Source of the DNA: Propionibacterium ruminifibrarum
GTDB taxonomy: Bacteria > Actinomycetota > Actinomycetes > Propionibacteriales > Propionibacteriaceae
Length of the DNA stretch: 32,000 nucleotides
Direction of reading: 5' to 3'
NCBI RefSeq assembly: GCF_900289195.1
Contig: NZ_OMOH01000008.1
Span: forward strand, 60,001 to 92,000
Below are positions 21,705 to 28,875 of this stretch, in pieces. The position numbers were made by a program, and so were the translations under genes. The notes beneath the pieces were generated by a model. The model saw only the letters and a list, made by a program, of their open reading frames with translations. It was not told the origin of the DNA and did not search any database. Within the stretch, counting starts at the first letter, position 1. Every line of letters begins with the position of its first letter.

Positions 21705-22199
21705 ATGACCGAGCAGAGTGTCGATCAGAACAAGAACGAGGTCATCACCACCCTCAATGAACTCCTGGGCGTCTACTGGGCGGGATCGGCTCAGCACCAG
21801 GCCCACGTGAAGCTCCTGGATTCTTGGGGTCTGGCGGGCCTGAGTGCAGACATGAAGGCTCGGACCGATGACGAACCCGAAACCATCTCGGAGCTGACCG
21901 ATCGGCTGCTCGACCTGGGTGGCACGCCCGACATCACCTTCCCCCAGGTGCACGTCGGCTCCTCGCTCCGTGAGGTCCTGGAGAACGACATGGCGCTGCA
22001 GCGCAATGCCAGCGAGTCGCTCAACGAGATCGCCGAGCGGATGGGCCGGGCCCACGACGCCACGACGCGGCGCCTCATCGAAGACATCCTCGCCGACGAG
22101 GAACAGCACCTGTACTGGCTCGAGAGCGAGATCGAACTGCTCGACAAGCTCGGCGAACAGCTCTACACGGCGGCTCGTCTCACCCCGGCCACGCACTGA
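21705..22199 (+). CDS. bacterioferritin-like (ferritin-like four-helix bundle) protein with incomplete ferroxidase ligand set
   Basis: By-eye, nearly gapless alignment to E. coli Bfr: VITTLNELLG..WGL...ILADEEQHLYWLESEIELLDKLGEQLY versus VINYLNKLLG..WGL...[27 protein letters not shown]. ATG 21705. Confidence 0.75.
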   Translation: MTEQSVDQNKNEVITTLNELLGVYWAGSAQHQAHVKLLDSWGLAGLSADMKARTDDEPETISELTDRLLDLGGTPDITFPQVHVGSSLREVLENDMALQRNASESLNEIAERMGRAHDATTRRLIEDILADEEQHLYWLESEIELLDKLGEQLYTAARLTPATH

Positions 22200-22241
22200 C
22201 GTCATCGTGGCGACTGATCACTCACCAGGGAAAGGAACATC

Positions 22242-22661
22242 ATGGAGACCCTCTACACGACTGAGGCACTGAGCACCGGTGCGGGCCGCAACGGCCATGT
22301 TCGCACCACTGACGGCCGGGTCGATCTGGACCTGGCGGCCCCGAAGGAACTCGGTGGCAGCGGCGACGGGGCCAACCCGGAACAGCTCTTCGCCTCCGGC
22401 TACTCGGCGTGCTTCCACTCGGCCCTGCTCGGCGTCGCGCGGACGAAGAAGGTCGATGTCACCGACTCGAGCGTCGGGGCCCGCGTCTCGATGGGCCGGC
22501 AGGGTGACGGATACGGCCTCGAGGTGACCCTTGAGGTCACACTTCCCGGCATCGACCACGAGCTGGCCACCGAACTGGCCGAAGCGGCGCACCAGGTGTG
22601 CCCCTACTCGAACGCCACTCGTGGGAACATTCCGGTGAACGTCATCGTCACTGACGACTGA
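22242..22661 (+). CDS. ohr: organic hydroperoxide resistance protein Ohr (OsmC/Ohr family thiol peroxidase)
   Basis: METLYTTEALSTGAGRNGHVRTTDGRVDLDLAAPKELGGSGDGANPEQLFASGYSACFHSAL...AHQVCPYSNATRGNI. Both catalytic Cys (SACF, VCPYS) are present. Confidence 0.9.
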   Translation: METLYTTEALSTGAGRNGHVRTTDGRVDLDLAAPKELGGSGDGANPEQLFASGYSACFHSALLGVARTKKVDVTDSSVGARVSMGRQGDGYGLEVTLEVTLPGIDHELATELAEAAHQVCPYSNATRGNIPVNVIVTDD

Positions 22662-22683
22662 CCGGCTCGGGGCCAGAGGCGAG

Positions 22684-22910
22684 TAATCCACTGCCCCTGT
22701 GTTGAAGAGCGTGTCAACGTTGTTAAGTGATTCATCCTCTTAACAGCTGTGGAAACTGTGGGGAAGAGCTGTTCGGGCTTGTCATCTCCTACTCGTCCTG
22801 GGGATGACCTGGTGACGGGTCAATGCTGCCGGACCACGGTCCGGTGGATTTCCCGTCCTCATGGGGACGGGCCCGCACATGTCATCCACCGAATCCCCGA
22901 GTTGTCCACA
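22684..22910. other. DnaA-box cluster downstream of dnaA; candidate (minimal) oriC
   Basis: One perfect TTGTCCACA (22902-22910). Two-mismatch boxes: TAATCCACT 22684-22692, TGTGGAAAC 22748-22756 and TGTGGGGAA 22757-22765 (both reverse orientation), TCATCCACC 22882-22890. Three-mismatch box: GGTGGATTT 22843-22851. The cluster lies between two convergent stop codons. Confidence 0.4.
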
Positions 22911-23059
22911 GGGCCATCACCAGCGCGGCACGCCCGTTACCAGATTCGCGAGAAGGGTCACCGGGCGTGCCGCGCCGTGCATGGAATCGCGCTGTGCGTT
23001 GAATACTGACGGTGGGTGACAGGGACGGCCGAGGACAGCTCGTCCGCGTGACGGGCCGG

Positions 23060-24514
23060 TCAGCCGCGTGCCGCCGCCTGCTTGATCCTGTTGGTGAGTT
23101 CGGACACCTGGTTGAACACGCTGCGCTGCTTGCGCATGAGTTCGCGGATCTTGCGGTCGGCATGCATGACGGTGGTGTGGTCCTTGCCCCCGAACTCCTG
23201 GCCGATCTTCGGCAGCGACAGGTCGGTGAGTTCTCGGCACAGGTACATGGCGATCTGTCGGGCCAGGACGAGAGGTTGCGTCCTGCTCGAACTCGACAGC
23301 GCATCGACCGAGACGTCGAAGTACTTGGCGGTCTCGCTGATGATGAGCTGGGCACTCACCTCCGCATCCGCCCCATCGGGGATGAGATCGGCGAGCACCC
23401 GATCAGCCAGGTCGAGGGTGACCGGTTCCTTGTTGAGCGAGGCGAAGGCGGTGACACGGATGAGCGCGCCCTCGAGCTCGCGAATGTTCGTCTGGATCCG
23501 TGAGCCGATGAACTCGAGCACATCCGTCGGCATGAGCAGCTGCTCGGCGGCCGCCTTGCGCTGCAGGATCGCGATGCGCGTCTCCAGGTCCGGGGGCTGG
23601 ATGTCGGTGATCAGGCCCCACTCGAACCGGCTGCGCAGCCTGGATTCGAGCTGTTCGAGCGCCTTCGGCGGGCGGTCGGAGGTGAGCACGATCTGCTTCT
23701 GGGCGTTGTGCAGCGCGTTGAAGGTGTAGAAGAACTCCTCCTGCGTCTGCGTCTTGCCCTCGAGGAACTGGATGTCGTCGATCAGCAGCACGTCGACGTC
23801 GTCGCGGTACTTGCGGCGGAACTCGACGGTGCGGTTCTCGCCGACCGCGTTGATGAACTCGTTGGTCATCTCCTCGGTGGAGACGTACTTGACCCGAACG
23901 TCCTCGTAGTAGTCGAGGACGTAGTGACCCAGCGCATGCAGCAGGTGCGTCTTCCCCAGGCCGGACTCCCCGTAGATCATCAGCGGGTTGTACGCCTTGC
24001 CAGGCGCCTCGGCCACTGCCACCGCGGCGGCGTGCGCGAAGCGATTCGAGTCGCCGATGACGAAGTTGTCGAAGGTGTACCGCGGGTTCAGGCTCTCGTC
24101 GGAGCCGTTCTGCTCCTGGGTTGCCGGCGTGCCGGGGGTCTGGCCCCGCAGCAGCGGTTGTGCACCCTTGCGCGGGACGAAGCGGACCGGGGGCTCCTCG
24201 GTGTCGTCGGGCTCGTCGTCGTGGTCGGGTGCGCGCAGATCGAGCTCGAGGTCCGGTTCGATCGTGATCGCCAGGTGCATCGAGCGGCGGTAGTAGTCGC
24301 TGAGCGCCTCCTCGAGCGCGCCCCTCATCTTCGTCTCGATGCGTTCTCTCGTGAAGTCGTTGGGAACGGCGACCATCATGGTCGACTCGTGGACGGTCAG
24401 GGGTTTCGCGTTGCGCAGGAAGGCGCCCCCGCTGGCACCGCACTCGCTGAGGACGTGCGCCCACGCCTGCTTGAAGTCAGGCTCACTGCGGGTCCCGCCA
24501 GGCTCGATCGCCAC
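23060..24514 (-). CDS. dnaA: chromosomal replication initiator protein DnaA
   Basis: Walker A GESGLGKTHLLHA, Walker B VDVLLIDDIQFL, IVLTSDRPP, and C-terminal DNA-binding region GGKDHTTVMHADRKI. Start placed at GTG 24514 (GGAGGGGAG just upstream). ATG 24547 from the track is the alternative. Confidence 0.97.
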   Translation of the reverse strand: MAIEPGGTRSEPDFKQAWAHVLSECGASGGAFLRNAKPLTVHESTMMVAVPNDFTRERIETKMRGALEEALSDYYRRSMHLAITIEPDLELDLRAPDHDDEPDDTEEPPVRFVPRKGAQPLLRGQTPGTPATQEQNGSDESLNPRYTFDNFVIGDSNRFAHAAAVAVAEAPGKAYNPLMIYGESGLGKTHLLHALGHYVLDYYEDVRVKYVSTEEMTNEFINAVGENRTVEFRRKYRDDVDVLLIDDIQFLEGKTQTQEEFFYTFNALHNAQKQIVLTSDRPPKALEQLESRLRSRFEWGLITDIQPPDLETRIAILQRKAAAEQLLMPTDVLEFIGSRIQTNIRELEGALIRVTAFASLNKEPVTLDLADRVLADLIPDGADAEVSAQLIISETAKYFDVSVDALSSSSRTQPLVLARQIAMYLCRELTDLSLPKIGQEFGGKDHTTVMHADRKIRELMRKQRSVFNQVSELTNRIKQAAARG

Positions 24515-24603
24515 GCCGTCTCCCCTCCGTGCACCTGTCCGCCGCATTCACCGCTGGGGTGTTGCGCGTGCCGAGAGATGCTCGCTTGCACGTCGAATAA
24601 TCG

Positions 24604-24665
24604 TTGTACACCTGTCCACAAAATTATCCACAAGCGTGGGAACATGTGGACAACTTGGGTCCACA
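24604..24665. promoter_or_regulatory. DnaA-box cluster in the dnaA promoter region
   Basis: TTGTACACC 24604-24612 (2 mismatches), CTGTCCACA 24612-24620 (1), TTATCCACA 24624-24632 (perfect E. coli-type), TGTGGACAA 24645-24653 (perfect TTGTCCACA on the other strand), GGGTCCACA 24657-24665 (2). Confidence 0.7.
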
Positions 24666-24990
24666 CGCCAGGAGTGGCCCTGCCGTGGTCTGTTGCAGCG
24701 ACTCCGGCAACGCTAGCTGCCATGCCTTGATCGCGCAACACGTCACTGTGGAATCTACGCCCCGCTCGGCGTGTCGGCTGGACTGGGGTATGAGAATGAC
24801 ATCCGAGTAGTTCACGGACTCGGGTGCTGCTTTTGTGGATGCGCCCGTCGCGGCCTAAACTTGACAGGCCGCTGACGTCAGCGGACGCCGTCGTCGGTTC
24901 ATCAACTGGTTCCGGGATGCTCGGAACCAGGCGGCGAGCTGATGATGGCGATGCGAAACGCCCTTCACCGACACAGTAGGGAGCCTTCCC

Positions 24991-25128
24991 GTGAGCAAGC
25001 GCACGTACCAGCCCAGCAATCGTCGTCGGGCCCGTACCCACGGGTTCCGTGCCCGCATGCGAACCCGCGCCGGCCGTGCCATCCTGTCGGCCCGTCGTCG
25101 CAAGGGCCGTTCCGAGCTGTCCGCATAG
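24991..25128 (+). CDS. rpmH: 50S ribosomal protein L34
   Basis: Not in the ORF track (45 aa): [48 protein letters not shown] start with AGGGAG upstream. Confidence 0.95.
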   Translation: MSKRTYQPSNRRRARTHGFRARMRTRAGRAILSARRRKGRSELSA

Positions 25129-25130
25129 TC

Positions 25131-25505
25131 GTGTTGCCCGCCCCGGCGCGGCTTCGGCAGTCCAAGGACTTCAAGGCAACAGTGCGCCACGGTGTGCGGA
25201 CCGGCCGGCCGACAGTCGTCGTCCATGCCGACCTCGCCGAACAGCCCGGCGTCCCCAGCGATGGCGTGGTCTCGGCGCGGGTCGGTTTCGTCGTGTCCAG
25301 GAAAGTCGGCAACGCCGTCACCCGCAACAGGGTCCGCAGACGGCTTCGGCACTTGGCTGCGGCACAGCTCCGTGATGGGGTCAGGGCCGATCTGCGAGTC
25401 GTCGTCCGTGCGCTCCCGGCGGCGGCGACGCAGCCAGACCGTCTCGCCGATGATTTCCGAGCGGCGTGGCGCAAGAGCATTGAGCGACTGGAGGCCAGGG
25501 CGTGA
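25131..25505 (+). CDS. rnpA: ribonuclease P protein component
   Basis: [32 protein letters not shown]...[23 protein letters not shown] (RNR motif). GTG 25131 lies 2 nt after the rpmH stop. The stop overlaps the yidD start (GTGA). Confidence 0.9.
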   Translation: MLPAPARLRQSKDFKATVRHGVRTGRPTVVVHADLAEQPGVPSDGVVSARVGFVVSRKVGNAVTRNRVRRRLRHLAAAQLRDGVRADLRVVVRALPAAATQPDRLADDFRAAWRKSIERLEARA

Positions 25506-25819
25506 AGCATCTGCTCATCGCGTTCGTGAAGGGCTGGCGGGCCCTCATCTCACCGCTGTACGGCGATGTGTGCAAGTACTACCCGACATGCTCGGCGTAC
25601 GGGCTCGAGGCTCTTCAGATCCATGGCGCCCTCAGGGGCAGCCGGCTCATCATGCGGCGCCTGGTGCGCTGCCACCCATGGTCCATGGGCGGGATCGATC
25701 CCGTACCAGGATCCCCGCTCGAAGCTCGGCTCCTCGCCGAGGCAGACAACGACACCCGGGGCACTCGCCCCGACGAGCACTCCTTGGCGAACGATGACGA
25801 GTGCATTCCGATGAGGTGA
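25502..25819 (+). CDS. yidD: membrane protein insertion efficiency factor YidD
   Basis: [45 protein letters not shown] is the YidD signature. The C-terminal extension is longer than usual. Confidence 0.9.
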   Translation: MKHLLIAFVKGWRALISPLYGDVCKYYPTCSAYGLEALQIHGALRGSRLIMRRLVRCHPWSMGGIDPVPGSPLEARLLAEADNDTRGTRPDEHSLANDDECIPMR

Positions 25820-26907
25820 ATGAGTTGAACCTTCTCATGACAGTGATGGCCCTGGGTGACATCGGTTCCGCCATCATGCAGCCGCTGTACTGGGCGGTGA
25901 GCGGCATCATCGTTGCGGCCCACTGGTTGTTCTCTCAGTTCATGAACCCTGACACGGGTCTGACCTGGCTGCTCTCCATCGTCCTGCTGACCTGCTTCAT
26001 CCGGCTGCTCATGATGCCGCTGTACGCTAAGCAGCTGAACTCCTCGCGGGCGATGCAGTCGCTCCAGCCGAGGCTGGAGGCACTGCAGAAGAAGTACGGC
26101 GCCGACCGCGAACGCCTGGGCCAGGAGACGATGAAGCTGTACCAGGAGGAGGGGGTCAACCCCATGTCCTCCTGTCTCCCCCTGCTCATCCAGCTGCCCA
26201 TCTTCTGGGCGTTGTTCCGGGTGCTCAACTCCGCTTCGCGGGGCACCGATGTCAAGGGCTACTGGCTGAGCCGTGACGCCGGCCTGGTCGACTCGCTGAG
26301 CAACGCCCACATCTTCGGGGCCAAGCTGTCGGGAACCTTCTGGCCCCTCAGCAGTGGTTTCGGTGCCACCCAGGTCTTCGCGATGGTTCTCGTCATCACG
26401 ATGACCGCGCTCATGTTCTTCCAGCAGCTGCACATGCTCAAGCGGAACATGCCGCCGAGCGCGCAGACCGGCCCGATGGCCCAGCAGCAGAAGATGATGC
26501 TGTACATGTTCCCGCTGATGTACCTGTTCAGCGGATTCGCGATCCCGATCGGCGTGCTGCTCTACTGGCTCACGACGAACATCTGGACGATGGCGCAGCA
26601 GTACATCATCATCCGCAACTACCCCACTCCTGGCACCCCCGCCTACATCGAGTGGGAGGAGCGGATGCGCGCCAAGGGGCGCGACCCGAAGCAGATCGAG
26701 CGCACCCGTGCAGACCGCGCCCGCAAGAAGCCCCGCACCGCAGGACCCACCGAGGCCGTCAAGACCGACGACAGTGGCAGGGCCGTCGTCAATCGACAGG
26801 GCACGACGCGTCAGACCACCCGGAAGACGACGACCGGCAACGGTGCCCAGCGACAGGTCGTGCGCCGTCAGCCGGTACGAACGACCAAGTCACAGCGCAA
26901 GAAGTAG
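25801..26907 (+). CDS. yidC: membrane protein insertase YidC
   Basis: LLTCFIRLLMMPLYAKQLNSSRAMQSLQPRLEALQKKYGADRERLGQETMKLYQEEGVNPMSSCLPLLIQLPIFWALFRVL. Basic C-terminal tail. The start is uncertain (GTG 25801 or 25816, ATG 25837 or 25846). Confidence 0.93.
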   Translation: MHSDEVNELNLLMTVMALGDIGSAIMQPLYWAVSGIIVAAHWLFSQFMNPDTGLTWLLSIVLLTCFIRLLMMPLYAKQLNSSRAMQSLQPRLEALQKKYGADRERLGQETMKLYQEEGVNPMSSCLPLLIQLPIFWALFRVLNSASRGTDVKGYWLSRDAGLVDSLSNAHIFGAKLSGTFWPLSSGFGATQVFAMVLVITMTALMFFQQLHMLKRNMPPSAQTGPMAQQQKMMLYMFPLMYLFSGFAIPIGVLLYWLTTNIWTMAQQYIIIRNYPTPGTPAYIEWEERMRAKGRDPKQIERTRADRARKKPRTAGPTEAVKTDDSGRAVVNRQGTTRQTTRKTTTGNGAQRQVVRRQPVRTTKSQRKK

Positions 26908-27008
26908 ACGGCGTCCGAGCGGATATGGCGATAGACGATATCCGCCGGGCATCAGACACCGGTTTGGTCCCCAAGGTCTTCGGGGACAACGCATGTACGA
27001 GGAGAACC

Positions 27009-27566
27009 ATGAGCGAGAGCACTGGGCACGAGGAAGAGAACCCGTCAGACCAGGTCGTCGATGACAGCGCCGCCGTCGATTCAGAGGCGAAGACCGATGC
27101 CCTAGAGGAGCAGCTGGTCGCCGAAGGCGACATCGCCGCTGACTATCTCGAGGAATTGCTCGACATCGCCGACATGGACGGTGACATCGACACCTACACC
27201 GAGGGCGACCGCGCCCATGTCTCGGTCGTCACCGACGACGAGACCCTGGTCGGTCCCGGCGGTGAGGTGCTCGAGGCGCTGCAGGAGCTGAGCCGACTGG
27301 CCGTCATGACAGAGACGGGTCACCGCAGCCGTCTCATGCTTGACATCGCCGGCCATCGGGCCAAGCGCCGCAAGGAGCTACAGCTCCTGGCCCAGGAGGC
27401 CATCAACGACGTCAACCAGTCGGGCGAAGCGGTTCGTCTGGCACCGATGAACCCGTTCGAACGCAAGATCGTTCACGACGCCGTTGCGGCGGCGGGTTTG
27501 TACAGCGAGTCCGAGGGGGTCGAACCCCAGCGCTGCGTGGTGATCCAGACGAGCAAACAGGATTGA
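27009..27566 (+). CDS. jag: Jag/KhpB-type R3H-domain RNA-binding protein
   Basis: The C-terminal LAPMNPFERKIVHDAVAAAGLYSESEGVEPQRCVVI is an R3H domain. Acidic N-terminal region. Conserved position after yidC. ATG 27009 is preceded by GAGGAGA. Confidence 0.85.
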   Translation: MSESTGHEEENPSDQVVDDSAAVDSEAKTDALEEQLVAEGDIAADYLEELLDIADMDGDIDTYTEGDRAHVSVVTDDETLVGPGGEVLEALQELSRLAVMTETGHRSRLMLDIAGHRAKRRKELQLLAQEAINDVNQSGEAVRLAPMNPFERKIVHDAVAAAGLYSESEGVEPQRCVVIQTSKQD

Positions 27567-27915
27567 GCCGGCCACGGCGGGAGTTCTCCCCCACCGCGCA
27601 GACTCCGGATTCCGGTTCCATTCCGCTCAGCTGGGGCGCGACCCGGTCCTGGTGGACGCCCTGGGGGGAAGGAGCCATCCCCGGCCCATCCTCTGCTGGT
27701 TGTGGTTGTTGACTCTTTCAGTTCGTCGCGCCACGGCCGAGAGGGAACAGCACAGACACATGTATTTTCATGTTCAACTTGTTCTGTGAGAGCGATTTTG
27801 AGGCACGTTGAGACGAAGAAGGATATGACGATGACCGCGACGCGATCCTCGTGAGCCGCGCCACCACGTGGCCTGTCGTGGTCCTGACCCATTGCATGAT
27901 GAAGGAGGCCCCTGG

Positions 27916-28560
27916 ATGGATGACGACACCGCTGCGCTGGCCCGTCAGGAGTATCTGGCACGGTCGCTTGCCGTCGAGGTCTTCCACGGCGATGAAACAA
28001 TAAATCGTTTTGTCGATAAATTGGTTTCGGACGGAGTGACCCGCGGTTTGCTCGGACCCAAGGAACCAAAGCGCATCTGGTCCCGCCACATCCTCAACTC
28101 TGCGGCACTCTGTGAGGTCCTCCCCCAGGGTGCCGAGCTCATTGACGTCGGCAGTGGCGCAGGCCTTCCCGGCATCGTTGTCGCCATTGCGCGGCCCGAT
28201 CTGCGTGTCACCCTGTTGGAACCGATGCTCCGCCGTTGGACCTTCCTCGGTGAGACCGTCGACCACCTTGGTCTTTCAGAACGAGTCAATGTCGTTCGCG
28301 GCCGCGCAGAGGATTGCGCCGATAAATTCGAGATCGTCACGGCCCGTGCCGTGGCCCGTCTGCCCAAGCTTCTCCGCTGGACCATCCCACTGTTCTATCC
28401 CGATGGGCGCCTGCTCGCCCTCAAGGGTGATTCCGCGCATGACGAGATCGACGAAGCGCAGGATCTGCTCGGGGCATCCGGATTGACCGCTCAGATCATG
28501 CATGTGCGAGCGCATCCCAAGGCTGAGATGACCAATGTCGTGTCCGTGACCGCGAGCTGA
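27916..28560 (+). CDS. rsmG: 16S rRNA (guanine527-N7)-methyltransferase RsmG (GidB)
   Basis: LLGPKEPKRIWSRHILNSAAL and LIDVGSGAGLPGIVVAIARPDLRVTLLEPMLRR (SAM-binding G-x-G-x-G). ATG 27916 with GAAGGAGG upstream. Confidence 0.93.
   Translation: MDDDTAALARQEYLARSLAVEVFHGDETINRFVDKLVSDGVTRGLLGPKEPKRIWSRHILNSAALCEVLPQGAELIDVGSGAGLPGIVVAIARPDLRVTLLEPMLRRWTFLGETVDHLGLSERVNVVRGRAEDCADKFEIVTARAVARLPKLLRWTIPLFYPDGRLLALKGDSAHDEIDEAQDLLGASGLTAQIMHVRAHPKAEMTNVVSVTAS
27994..28028. repeat. 35-bp AT-rich imperfect palindrome inside rsmG (copy 1 of the TTTGTCGATAAA element)
   Basis: GAAACAATAAATCG-TTTTGT-CGATAAATTGGTTTC. The arms match at 12 of 14 positions plus one 1-nt indel. It is encoded with A/T-ending codons that are atypical for this window. 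Confidence 0.6.
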
Positions 28561-28875
28561 GAGACGCTGCGTTCACGATCCCACTGGAACGAGCATCACC
28601 ACTGTCCAGGACTGATTGGCCCCTTGTTTCCGGTTCGCTCCGGCCAAGCTCATGGCCCACTGATTTCCATTCGACCCGGAGGATCGCCCGCTCGCGTGTG
28701 GAGTGCGTTTGCCCTATGAGCCGCGAGGCAGCCCTGAGCATGGATGGCCCGCCCGCGCGTGGGATGCGTTCTCGTGAGCTCAGTGATGTCCCTGATCGAG
28801 TCTCAACCTGGGTGCGTGAACCCAGCCAGCTAGGATTGTTCACGTTGTTGTCGTCGTGATGTCTGGCGGTGTTCC

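Noticed and set aside
22749-23009. 86-aa + ORF inside the ohr-dnaA gap.
   Set aside because: It has no RBS, only moderate third-position G+C, and a Cys/Arg-rich nonsense-like sequence. The region is better explained as a non-coding DnaA-box region.
24861-24866. Consensus -35 hexamer TTGACA upstream of rpmH as a promoter call.
   Set aside because: No acceptable -10 (TANNNT) lies at 16-19 nt spacing (GACGCC/ACGCCG). It is kept only as context for the adjacent palindrome.
24397-25041. 214-aa minus-strand ORF spanning the dnaA-rpmH intergenic region.
   Set aside because: It overlaps the dnaA 5' end, the DnaA-box cluster and the rpmH start. It has no recognisable motifs and is a shadow ORF.
28835-28850. 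ATTGTTCACGTTGTTG, a parS-like string upstream of parA.
   Set aside because: Only the CACGT centre and part of one arm match. There is no palindromic right arm, so it is unlikely to be a functional parS.
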